Positions 40,065-50,153 of a stretch of DNA of 64,000 bases are shown piece by piece. The translations under genes were made by a program, and so were the position numbers. The stretch comes from Desulfatiglandales bacterium (lineage in GTDB: Bacteria > Desulfobacterota > DSM-4660 > Desulfatiglandales > Desulfatiglandaceae), in contig OY762721.1 of NCBI GenBank assembly GCA_963666345.1, positions 2,688,001-2,752,000 of the forward strand, read 5' to 3'. How positions within the stretch are numbered: position 1 is the first letter of the stretch; every line of letters begins with the position of its first letter. The notes beneath the pieces were generated by a model. It saw only the letters and a program-made list of their open reading frames with translations, searched no databases and was not told the DNA's origin.

Positions 40065-41806
40065 TAAGAATAAGAAGGATCTACGATGACATCCTTCTGA
40101 TTGATTCGCAGGTGATCAGGGATGTGCAGGATATTCTGCGGGCCCAATTTCCGATGATATCGGAGAAGACCATAGAAAAACTCCCGGAGCAGTTGCGTAA
40201 TCCCCTGAAATTCAAGTTCAGGTCCATACTATTTGCCGCCGAAGGAGGCAGGGGAAAGGTCAAAGGGTTTGCATTGCTGCAGCACGCGCCTGATCTTCAC
40301 TTCAGTTATCTTGATTTTATTTCTGCGGCGGAACACAGGACCGGCGGGGGCATAGGGAGTGCGCTTTATGGAAGGGTAAGGGAGGAGGCGCTTTCGTTGA
40401 AGAGCGATGGGCTTTTTTTCGAATGTCTACCTGATGATTCTGAGCTGTGCAGGGATGAGCAGGTATTGAAGCAGAACATCGCAAGGCTTCGTTTCTATGA
40501 AAGGTACGGGGCCCGCCCCATCGAAGGCACAGCCTATGAAGCGCCGGTAAACCCGGGTGACGACTGTCCGCCATACCTTGTGTATGACAATCTCGGCAAG
40601 AACAGGCAGCTTTTCCGCAATTGGACACGGCGCGTCGTGCGCGCAATCCTTGAGAGGAAGTATGCGTACCTGTGTCCCATACAATACATCGATATGGTGG
40701 TGCGGTCTTTCAAGGATTCTCCTGTAAGGATAAGAAAGCCGAGATATATAAGGAGAGAATCACCGGTGACGGTCAAAAAGATAAAATCCCTGGAAAAATT
40801 AATCGTGCTCGCCGTAAACGACAAGCATGAGATCCATCATGTGCATGAAAGGGGTTATGTTGAAGCGCCGGTCAGGATAGGAGCAATCCTTAAGAAAATT
40901 GAGCCGTCCGGATTATTTGAAAAGGTTCAAGTCAAACACTTTTCAGAAAAGCACATAAGGGCCGTACATGAAGGCCGGTTCGTGGATTATTTCAAAAAGG
41001 TATGCGACCTTATAGAGCCTGAAAAATCCCTGTATCCCTATGTTTTCCCCATACGCAATAATACGCGGCCTCCAAAGGAACTGCCGATCAGAGCAGGTTA
41101 CTATTGTATAGACACCTTCACTCCCATAAATAAAAATGCCTATCTTGCGGCTAAACGCGCTGTTGACTGCGCCCTGACGGTCACGGAAAAGGTCTTAAGG
41201 GACGGGTACCGGCTGGGGTATGCTCTGGTTCGACCGCCAGGGCACCATGCGGAATTCCGTGCTTTCGGCGGATTCTGCTATTTCAATTCAGCGGCAATTG
41301 CCGCCCATTATGCCAGCTCTCAGGGCAGGGTGGCTGTTCTTGATATCGACTATCACCACGGTAACGGCACGCAGGACATCTTTTACAAAAGGTCTGATGT
41401 GGTAACACTCTCCATTCACGGGCACCCCGGTTTCGCCTACCCCTATTTCAGCGGCTTTAAGGAGGAAACCGGCAAAGCAGAGGGGACAGGATGCAACATC
41501 AATCTCCCTCTTAAGGAAAATATCGATTCAGGACAGCACAGGGCAGCCCTTGCAACGGCGCTTCGCCGCATTATACGCTTCAAATGCGTTATTCTTGTCG
41601 TGGCTCTCGGGCTTGACACTGCAAAGGGTGATCCGACAGGAACATGGAACCTTCTTCCAAGGGATTTTATGGCAATGGGCAGAATGATCGGTTCTCTCAG
41701 GCTTCCCACAATAGTTGTTCAGGAAGGCGGTTACAGGGTCCGGTCGCTGGGCAGTAATGTATACAATTTTTTTTCCGGACTATGGGAGGAGACCCTGCGC
41801 TCCTGA
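40061..41806 (+). CDS. GNAT-like domain fused to an HDAC/acetylpolyamine amidohydrolase domain
   Basis: RTGGGIGSALY acetyl-CoA motif; RPPGHHA, GFCYFN, DIDYHHGNGTQ, GLDT and QEGGY. Confidence 0.88.
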   Translation: MIRIRRIYDDILLIDSQVIRDVQDILRAQFPMISEKTIEKLPEQLRNPLKFKFRSILFAAEGGRGKVKGFALLQHAPDLHFSYLDFISAAEHRTGGGIGSALYGRVREEALSLKSDGLFFECLPDDSELCRDEQVLKQNIARLRFYERYGARPIEGTAYEAPVNPGDDCPPYLVYDNLGKNRQLFRNWTRRVVRAILERKYAYLCPIQYIDMVVRSFKDSPVRIRKPRYIRRESPVTVKKIKSLEKLIVLAVNDKHEIHHVHERGYVEAPVRIGAILKKIEPSGLFEKVQVKHFSEKHIRAVHEGRFVDYFKKVCDLIEPEKSLYPYVFPIRNNTRPPKELPIRAGYYCIDTFTPINKNAYLAAKRAVDCALTVTEKVLRDGYRLGYALVRPPGHHAEFRAFGGFCYFNSAAIAAHYASSQGRVAVLDIDYHHGNGTQDIFYKRSDVVTLSIHGHPGFAYPYFSGFKEETGKAEGTGCNINLPLKENIDSGQHRAALATALRRIIRFKCVILVVALGLDTAKGDPTGTWNLLPRDFMAMGRMIGSLRLPTIVVQEGGYRVRSLGSNVYNFFSGLWEETLRS

Positions 41807-41809
41807 CAT

Positions 41810-42364
41810 ATGAAAAGACGAATTCCATTTGAAACCGTTGTATGGAGGGAGGAGCCCCGCGCCTCGGATGAGGCATGTATAATGGAACTGATAAGATCAT
41901 CAGGTTTTTTTTCGACCGAAGAGGTGAAGATCGCCGCAGAACTTGTTCGTGAAAGGGTTGCTCTGGGAAAAGCGAGCGGATATTATTTTCTTTTTGCTGA
42001 GATTTTTGAGGAGATTTCAGGATATAGCTGTTACGGGCCTATTCCCGGCACCGCGGCCAGTTACGATTTATACTGGATTGCCGTTAGAAATGATGTCAGG
42101 GAGCTGGGGCTGGGAAGGGCGATAATGGAGAAGACTGAACAAAGGATCAGTGAATCAGGAGGGAAACGGATATATATTGAGACCTCTTCAAGGGATCTTT
42201 ACGCACCGACACGTATTTTTTATGAAAAATGCGGATATGTCAAAAAGGCGGTTATTCAGGATTTCTATTCGACTGGTGACGATAAGATAATCTATGTAAA
42301 ATTCTACCAGAAACAGGGGCCGGATTCGAGGCCTGGGCCGGACATGAAGAAAGGCACCCATTAA
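41810..42364 (+). CDS. GNAT N-acetyltransferase
   Basis: YDLYWIAV...GLGRAIM...FYEKCGY. Confidence 0.88.
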   Translation: MKRRIPFETVVWREEPRASDEACIMELIRSSGFFSTEEVKIAAELVRERVALGKASGYYFLFAEIFEEISGYSCYGPIPGTAASYDLYWIAVRNDVRELGLGRAIMEKTEQRISESGGKRIYIETSSRDLYAPTRIFYEKCGYVKKAVIQDFYSTGDDKIIYVKFYQKQGPDSRPGPDMKKGTH

Positions 42365-43049
42365 AGGACTAGTCAAGAGAAAAAACACCTGTCCATGCAA
42401 AAGATGAATCTTTTTCGCTTACGTCCTACTTCCGCTTCAGCTCGGTGTTGTTTTTGTATCCCTTTCCGCAACAGCCATCCATCAGGATCTAGGCTATGTG
42501 AATAAGATCACTGCCCCTGGTCCGTTTTAGGACCCCGGAAAATCGTCGGTTCCATACGGTGTCCAATTGGATATATCACAAATCTTATGGTTATTAACCA
42601 ACCCCTTTTTGGCTCACGGCATAGGCGTATCAGGATGTAAAACAATTACCGTCTGATTATTCGGGCGTGGTTTAAATGGGGTCGCCTATCTGAACTCTCT
42701 GTCCATGGCAAATTATTATTTTTGCCAGGGAACGGGTTACGATAAATTCCAGAGATAGAGGGGGGCTAATCGGACCATTGAACTGTATTATCCAAGTAAT
42801 GCGGATTTGTTGCGACCCCGAATTGAGCGCTCTCCCCTCGCCTGTAAGACCGATATCGACATTTGACGGGATTCTTTGCATAGGATGCTTACAGGCCTGA
42901 TGAGACTTCTTTATTGCCTTTTACATGATTCCTCCGGTACGGCTGATATTTCTTGCCGCTCTTAAAAACCCCTAAACTGAGGATGGCCAGTCGTCGACAG
43001 GCCTTATGCCGGGCATTATGTTCAGGATATCCTTTCTCTTGGATCAAAT

Positions 43050-44103
43050 GTTCATAGTAATCATTGATGGGGTTTCCATGGCCAAACAGGGGGTGTCGCC
43101 TGAGGATGAAGCGTTTGACTTGCTAAATGAAGCAGAAATGGCGTCAACAAGGGCCCAGGCACTGACCAAACAGTTACTGACTTTTGCCAAGGGTGGCGCT
43201 CCGGTAAAAGAGACCGCCTCAATCAAAGATATCCTCAAAGAATCGTCTTCGGTTGCCCTGCGAGGCTCAAAATCCAGATCAGAGCTTTCGATACCGGAAG
43301 ACCTCCGGCCGGTTGATGTTGATGTCGGGCAGATCAGTCAGGTCATTAATAACATCGTGATCAATGCAAACCAGGCCATGCCGGAGGGGGGAATCATTCA
43401 GGTTGCGGCAGATAACCTGAGAATAGAGGACGGGCATGGCTTGCCGGTTAAACCAGGTCGATACATCAGGATATCCATAAAAGATCAGGGAATTGGAATA
43501 GCCGACAAACACTTTTCAAAGATATTTGACCCTTATTTTACGACAAAGGAAAAGGGAAACGGTTTTGGGCTTGCCACTGCTTATTCCATCATTAAAAAGC
43601 ACAATGGTCATATTACAGTGGAATCCCGGGCAGGGGTCGGGACCACGTTTCACATCTACCTGCCTGCTTCCGACAAGGCAATACCTGGAAAAGAGAAAGT
43701 TGAACTGATAAAAGGCCGGGGCAAGATTCTGGTGATGGATGACGAGGCGCCGTTACTGAAAATGGTCGGGAGGATGCTGGCGAAATTGGGCTATGAGGCG
43801 CAATTTGCAAAAGACGGTGCTGAAGCGATTCAGATGGTCAAAATCGCCAAAGAAGCTGAAAAATCCTATGATGCTGTCATCCTGGACCTGACCATTCCGG
43901 GGGGGATGGGAGGAAAGGAAGCCGTTAAGAAATTGCTGGAGATAGATCCTGAAGTTAAAGCCATCGTCTCCAGCGGTTACTCCGATGACCCGGTATTGTC
44001 GAATTTTCAGGAATACGGGTTTAAGGGTATGATGCCCAAACCCTTTGAATTCCAAACATTGGGGAAAGTATTACACGAAGTGCTTAAGAGTCAAAAAGTG
44101 TAA
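43050..44103 (+). pseudogene. Hybrid histidine kinase truncated just after the H-box
   Basis: Homology starts at ...SMAK...LTKQLLTFAKGG; no AHDFNN; HATPase and REC intact. Confidence 0.7.
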
Positions 44104-44413
44104 GATTGGGGTTCGGGGTCCGGTAAGAGGCTGAAATAACGTGGGAAAAAGTCTGAAAAGGGCCGAAAACAAGGGCTATATCGCGATTTTTGATGCCGAA
44201 AAGGGCATTATAGGTTGCCGGAGATGGCTATGAGCTTCGGAAGCCGGTGATTCCCTTTGGTGTCAATTTCGAGGGGAAAAACGGCTGTACAGGCGTCAAA
44301 ACAGGTATTTTTGGAATGATCGACTATAATCAACAATAGGTTATCACGACCCCGATTCAAGTTCCCATTTCGGGAACGTTTTGCTTGGCGTCATTCTGGG
44401 AACCGATTAAATT

Positions 44414-44713
44414 ATGCATGTAATCAAACGAAAAACCTTGGTTGAGTTTTATCAAAAATCAGGACATCAGGATGCCAAGGGGGCTTTTGAAGCATGGTAT
44501 TATGAAGCCAAACATGCCCAGTGGGCATCCCCTGCAGATATTGAAGCTCTGTACAGATCTGCAAACATTCTTAAGGATAATCGGGTCGTTTTCAATATCG
44601 CTGGTAATAAGTATCGATTGATTGTCAGAATCAACTAAGATTCGAAAACGGTATTTGTGCGTTTTATCGGAGCGCACCGAGAATATGATGGAATTGATGC
44701 GGAGGTGATCTAA
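44414..44713 (+). pseudogene. higB: HigB toxin with a premature TAA
   Basis: [39 protein letters not shown]; stop at 44636-44638. Confidence 0.85.
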
Positions 44714-46435
44714 ATGATTAGCCGCCTTATAAAAAATGAAAAAGACTATGAAATGGCACTATCACGCATTGAACAACTCATGGATGCCAAATCCGGTACC
44801 ACTGAGATGGATGAGTTGGAACTGCTGACAGCGCTTGTGGAAATGTATGAAGAACGACACTTTCCGATTAGCCCGCCGGATCCTATTGATGCAATAAAAT
44901 TTCGTATGGAACAGCTAAGATTGGTTCAAAAGGACATGATTCCTTATATCGGTACAAAAAGTAAGGTCTCTGAAGTTTTAAATGGTAAAAGGCCTCTTAC
45001 CTTGGCCATGATGAGATCTCTGAATAAAATCTTGGGCATTTCTGCGGAGGTACTGCTGAAGGAACCTGGTGCTGATTTTCCGGACAAGATTCAAGACCTG
45101 GAGTGGTCCAAATTCCCATTAATTGAAATGGCAAAACGCGACTGGATTCCAATGCCGGATGACATAAAGGAAAAAGCCGAAGAATTGATGCGTGATTTTA
45201 TCGAACAGGCTGGTGGGCTGGATACCGTTCGGAAACCATGTTTCCGTCAGGGAAAAAGAGGCAGGTATAATTCTAAGATGGACTTATTTGCCCTTACCGC
45301 TTGGTGTATTCGTGTGCAGGCCATTGCCCGAAAAAACCCCTTAAAAACGAAATATGTCAAGGATTTAATAAAATTGGATCATCTCCAAAAGAGTTGGTCT
45401 AAATGAAGGATTGGAGGGGTCAAGGGGCCGCGGGTTCGAGTGAAAAGCTTAAAGATCATAGGAAGTTAAACGTTCGGTAAAAAAAATTGTATACACCTTG
45501 TTTGCATATGTATAAAGAAACGAAATGTTTTTTTAAAGATGAGCAATACTGTTTTACCTCCCGAATCAGAAGATCCGCTGTTTTCGTATCAAGGGATACC
45601 GCCTAAGGGTATGGGAGAAAAACGGCTATAGAGTATATGCAATTTTTCTTTATTGCATATGGTTTAGCCTGTGAATTGGAAACCCGGGACATGATATCAG
45701 TTGGCCTGGGTTATTTGAAAGAAGAGCGGCTTCAGAGATTAAGAAGGGAAATAAGGGATGTCGGGGCAATGTCCAAAGCGATGATCAAATCCCTGGAAAG
45801 AAAACCCTTGAATCCTTGGACCCTTGGACCCTCTTCGACAACTAAGTTGGAGAAGAACCATAAAATTGAGCTTTTTGAAGGACGTCGCACGGTTGAGTTA
45901 TTTTGATAACGGTCCTCTTCTTGCAAAAGAATATCTTGAGAAACATGGAATACATCTGATTGTTGTTCCCCATCTTCCAAAAACCTGCATTGACGGCGCT
46001 GCTATCCTGCTGCCGGGTGAGACTCCGGTCATCGGTCTAACTCTTCGCTATGATAGAATTGATTATTTCTGGTTTTGCCTTTTGCATGAGCTCGCCCATG
46101 TTTCAAAACATCTATCGGCATCCGATCGACTTATTATAGATGACCTGGATCTCCGAGGGAAAAAGGTTGAAACAGAAGATATAATCGAGAAGGAAGCAGA
46201 TGAAATGGCCCTTAATGGACTTATCCCAAAACGGATTTGGGCCGGAAACCAGATGTCTGGCAAAGCACCAACAGCGGAAGTATACGCCTCAGCGGAAAAA
46301 TTAAAGATCCATCCTGCCATTATTGCCGTAAGAATCCGTTTCGAACGGAACAACTATAAGTTGCTATCCAGGCATGTCGGCAATAAACAGATTCCAAAAC
46401 ATTTTGCCGATAGTTTTATTGCAAAGGCCTCGTGA
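44714..46435 (+). pseudogene. higA: HigA-type HTH plus ImmA/IrrE (HExxH) protein interrupted by a family-1 element
   Basis: PDPIDAIKFRMEQ...VSEVLNGKRPLTL and WFCLLHELAHV; removing 45376-45867 restores KDLIKLSFLKDVARLSY. Confidence 0.9.
45376..45859 (+). mobile_element. Family-1 non-autonomous element (484 bp) with a perfect 8-bp target duplication
   Basis: ATAAAATT at 45368-45375 and 45860-45867; ends GGATCATCTCCAAAAGAGTTGG and CAACTAAGTTGGAGAAGAACC; decayed four-helix-bundle gene inside. Confidence 0.92.
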
Positions 46436-46601
46436 CAAGGGATTTCACTGTCTTTGTAAATGAAGGTAAATCATTATATAAAGGCACAACGAATAAGGCA
46501 TTAAGAGCGACGGCAAAAAGCCGCTGCGGAAAGAAAAGGGGTCTTGAAACTTGAATGGAGGATTGATTCGTAAGAGCAAAATGCTCTCAATTATGGTAAC
46601 C

Positions 46602-46754
46602 TAATACATGACCATGAAATTTATGGACTCATGCTATCGGTTATCAGCCCTCAGCTTTCAGCAAAACATATGGGATATCAGCTTGTTGGCAACTTGCTGA
46701 TAGCTAAAGGCTTAAAGCAACATCCAGAAATGCGGTATTTATGAATGTACACTA
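46602..46754. mobile_element. Family-2 MITE-like element (decayed)
   Basis: GCTATCGGTTATCAGCCCTCAGCTTTCAGC and GCTGATAGCTAAAGGCTTAAAGCAACATCC...ACACTA. Confidence 0.6.
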
Positions 46755-46976
46755 AACTAATATCTAAACGGACTGTGCCATGCCTCGACCTTTTACCATG
46801 TCAAGGCAAGAGGCAATGATCGTAAAGCTGTTTTCAAAAGCAAGCGGGCAAGGGAGTCAGGAGCCCCATGGACGGCTTATGAGGTGCCAGGCGAATGGAT
46901 CTTGTGCCGCGATTTTGCAATCTATAGGTGTTATGAAGAAAACATATAAACATTGTTGAATCAAAAAAGGAAAAAT

Positions 46977-47717
46977 ATGTCGGACGGAAAAATCGAAAAA
47001 TTGGCTGTATTGATAGATGCTGACAACGCCCAACCTTCTATTGTTGAAGGGCTGCTATCGGAAATCGCAAAATATGGGACAGCAAATGTAAAAAGGATAT
47101 ACGGTGACTGGACGCTACCGGGACTTAAAGGGTGGAAGGAGGTTCTTTTACAGTATTCAATACAGCCCATACAACAATTTGGATATACGTCAGGAAAAAA
47201 TGCAACCGACAGTGCATTAATAATTGACGCAATGGATTTGCTCTATACAGGCAAATTTGACGGCTTTTGCATTGTATCCAGCGATAGTGATTTCACTAAA
47301 TTAGCGTCAAGGATAAGAGAAACCGGACTGATTGTATATGGATTCGGGGAGAAAAAAACTCCTAAAGCATTCGTTTCGGCGTGTGATAAGTTTATTTTCA
47401 CTGAAGTGCTACGCTCCAAAGATGATTCTATTGAAAAAATAGTCCGTAAAACAAAAAGCCAACTTACGAGAGACACCAATCTGGTTGATTTGTTAAGAAA
47501 TGCTGTTGAGGCATCTTCAGACGATTCCGGTTGGGCTCATCTTGCATCGGTGGGCAGTAACATTGCCAAGCAGGCACCAGAGTTTGATCCCAGAAACTAT
47601 GGTTATAAAAAGTTGGGGGAACTTGTATCAGCATCAAAGTTATTCAAAATCGATGAAAAAACTGTTGGAGATGGACCTTCAAAGGCAATTTATTTAAAAG
47701 ATATAAGAAAAAAATAA
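46977..47717 (+). CDS. NYN-domain protein with OST-HTH (LabA/DUF88 family)
   Basis: LAVLIDADN, GKNATDSALIIDAMD, SSDSDF and FDPRNYGYKKL motifs. Confidence 0.92.
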   Translation: MSDGKIEKLAVLIDADNAQPSIVEGLLSEIAKYGTANVKRIYGDWTLPGLKGWKEVLLQYSIQPIQQFGYTSGKNATDSALIIDAMDLLYTGKFDGFCIVSSDSDFTKLASRIRETGLIVYGFGEKKTPKAFVSACDKFIFTEVLRSKDDSIEKIVRKTKSQLTRDTNLVDLLRNAVEASSDDSGWAHLASVGSNIAKQAPEFDPRNYGYKKLGELVSASKLFKIDEKTVGDGPSKAIYLKDIRKK

Positions 47718-47726
47718 AGAGAAAAA

Positions 47727-47784
47727 TTCTAACATCGGTGTTCTGACGGACTCGCTTTGCTCGCCGCAGACGCAGGGCTTGGGG
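47727..47784 (+). repeat. Degenerate attC-like site
   Basis: TTCTAAC...CTGACGGACTCGCTTTGCTCGCCGCAGACGC... imperfect palindrome just after the NYN stop; GTT core decayed. Confidence 0.5.
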
Positions 47785-47929
47785 TTTAAAGAGGACAACG
47801 ATGGGCCAACACCTTTTTTGTGAAGGGGATTTATCAACTATCGGAAGTGCACTTTCTGATCAGGTTAAAAAGCAAAAGACCCTTCTGCCCCCGCTGAGCC
47901 AGCCGTTAAACCTCAGAGGATTTATTTCC

Positions 47930-48583
47930 ATGACCAAGTCGTTCGCATCACAAGAAAGCACGCAGTCCCCCGGGGAGGAAATCGCGAACAGCGTTAGCCA
48001 CGGTGTAGGCTTCCTGGCGGCAGTTGCTGCCTCCCCAGTTCTTATATTCTGTGCCGTTCAGCGTGACAGCTCAGCTGGAATTGTAGGCGCGAGCATCTTC
48101 GCCTTCACGATGGCGCTTATGTACATCACATCCACGCTTTACCACACTCTAGCAAGGAATAAGGCCAAACGGGTATTCCGGATTCTTGACCATGGCGCCA
48201 TCTTCCTGCTGATAGCGGGTACGTATACGCCGTTCACGCTTGGGGTACTTCGAGGTACTTGGGGCTGGACTCTATTTGGACTCGTTTGGGGTATAGCTGT
48301 TATGGGTGTCGTCCTCAAGGCTATCGGGGGCGTAAGGTACCAAAAGCTATCAACGATTTTGTATCTGGCCATGGGCTGGCTCATCATAATTGCCGTGAAG
48401 CCGTTGTGGCTCAATATGCCATCGTGGGGTCTGTTTTGGTTGCTGGCAGGAGGAGCGGCCTACACAGCGGGGGTGGGGTTTTACGCAGCCAAACGGCTTC
48501 GGTATGCGCACTTCGTTTGGCACCTTTTCGTTATCACGGGTACTGCATGTCACTTTATCGCTGTACTGAAATACGCGGTCTAA
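47930..48583 (+). CDS. Hemolysin III (PAQR) family membrane protein
   Basis: EEIANSVSHG, STLYH, LDHGAIFLLIAGTYTPF and HFVWHLFV motifs. Confidence 0.92.
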   Translation: MTKSFASQESTQSPGEEIANSVSHGVGFLAAVAASPVLIFCAVQRDSSAGIVGASIFAFTMALMYITSTLYHTLARNKAKRVFRILDHGAIFLLIAGTYTPFTLGVLRGTWGWTLFGLVWGIAVMGVVLKAIGGVRYQKLSTILYLAMGWLIIIAVKPLWLNMPSWGLFWLLAGGAAYTAGVGFYAAKRLRYAHFVWHLFVITGTACHFIAVLKYAV

Positions 48584-48640
48584 CCAGACTAATTTTCATG
48601 CAAAAAAGCTGCGAAATAAGGGTCACCCATTAATAGGGCT

Positions 48641-48850
48641 AGTCAAGACTGCCTTTGGCCGTTGAGAATAGTTTCCCGGGGCATTTTATCATGTCATTGC
48701 CAGAGGAAATGAACGTAAAGGCCTTTTCAAAAGCAAGCGGACAAGGGAACAAATCGAACCGGACAGAAAACTGAAGCGGTGAGTTCTCACCATTGAGAAT
48801 AATATAAGGGATTCAGGTTTCAAGACCCGGCCCCTTCGCCCCTGGAACCT
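48641..48850 (+). repeat. RAYT-derived about 200-bp direct repeat, copy A
   Basis: Encodes decayed FPGAFYHVIARGNERK; aligns with 49839-50043. Confidence 0.65.
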
Positions 48851-48890
48851 GTCTTGAAATCTAATCTTTGAACATTACAATTTTCAGTCG

Positions 48891-49697
48891 TTATTCCTGA
48901 TCCGGACGCTTCCATCTGTAAGGGAGCTCTCTAATTGAGCCGGGTTCGGTCATGGTTTTCAAGGCTTCCAACGCATCCATTATAACGCGTATCTGCCGTT
49001 TCACATTGCCCGGCTCACCGAACATGCTTCCGCGTGCAAATTTTACCAGCATAGCCCTGGACGGCCTGATATGAGCCATTCGGTCGGGCGCATTGCCGAA
49101 AGAAACGGTTGGAATTCCCGCTTCCTCTACCATATGTTGGATCAGACCCACGGTCTGATGGCATTTGGGTCAGGCGGGTACAAGGAATAGGACGTCGATC
49201 TTTGCAGATTTGATTCTTGTTATTAATTTCGGAATCGTCTCCGTTACCAGGCTCACTACGTCGTTGACATAACTGAAGCTGTAGTTCGTATCAGCGAACC
49301 TTCCGATGACGGCATCTTTCTCAAGTTCAATGAAGCGCCGGAGGGGAAAAATAACGTTGAAATCCTGTTCAGCCAGACTATGGTCGTAATGTGAATGGGC
49401 GATACCGAAGTCTTCCTGTCGGGCGGTTCCGGGGATTTCCCTAAAAGAGGCGTCGCCGTGAATAGATGCGGTGTCGAAAGGAGGCTGGCTGTCCTTGAGA
49501 TAGAATCCGCCGCTGGTTACAAGGGCGAAGGTCTGCTCAGAAGGGTGTCCCCGGTAAGGAGTCCAGGGCACATGGTCAGGCTCAATGAACGGATATCTTT
49601 TCACGATCTCCGTCATATTGCCTGCCTGGTAATCCGGCAGGCTTTCTTCTACCCAACTTTGGTATGCAGGTTTATATTTTTTGAGGTCAATCGTCAT
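48891..49697 (-). CDS. Selenoprotein of the glycine/sarcosine/betaine/D-proline reductase B (PrdB-like) family, 268 aa with Sec
   Basis: Two in-frame ORFs joined at TGA 49170-49172 give LVPA-U-PKCHQTVGL; SECIS-like hairpin follows; ALVTSGG and GIPTV motifs. Confidence 0.88.
49141..49159 (-). promoter_or_regulatory. Bacterial SECIS-like hairpin
   Basis: ATCAGACC-GTG-GGTCTGAT beginning 11 nt after the UGA. Confidence 0.7.
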
Positions 49698-49838
49698 GAA
49701 ATTTCCTTTGTTATTTCGAAAATTTTGTGTGCGGCATCATTTTAAGGGTTGATTTATACAAAGATAAGCCTAATGTGTCAAGATCGAATAAAAATATCAT
49801 GAAACAGTTATATCTAGTTTTTCAGTACTGATTTATCA

Positions 49839-50043
49839 ATGGCAAGTCTGCCGTTGACAGTTGAGAATAGTTTGCCCGGGCATTTCACCATGTCATTGGT
49901 AAGGGAAATGAGCGCAATGCTCTTTCCAAAATCTAGCGAGCAGGCAAACAGTTCGAACCGGACGGAAAGCTGAAAAAGAGAGTCCTCACCATTGAAAAGA
50001 AGATTAGAGGTTCAGGTTCCAAGCCCTGATCGTTTCGCCCCTT
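49839..50043 (+). repeat. RAYT-derived about 200-bp direct repeat, copy B
   Basis: GTTGAGAATAGTTT...CATGTCATTG...CGAACCGGAC...CTCACCATTGA shared with copy A. Confidence 0.65.
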
Positions 50044-50153
50044 GATGTACTTTGAAATTCTTTTGACAGTGAGACGTTTTGGCGTATGATCTATGTCAAA
50101 AAAAACTGTAGTTTTGAATAACCTGTCCACATAAATGATAGGAACAGAGCAAA

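Noticed and set aside
36668..42364. Standard ablAB osmolyte operon or housekeeping ddl genes
   Set aside because: The GNAT is short and unlike AblB, and the ligases lack the GG.S.E N-terminal motif and mur/dcw context of true Ddl.
42400..43015. Group II intron remnant (minus strand begins TGCCCGGCAT)
   Set aside because: No GTGCG 5' end, no domain V motif and no RT fragment recognisable.
44636..44638. Programmed readthrough in higB
   Set aside because: The codon is TAA, not a usual recoding codon; a point mutation is simpler.
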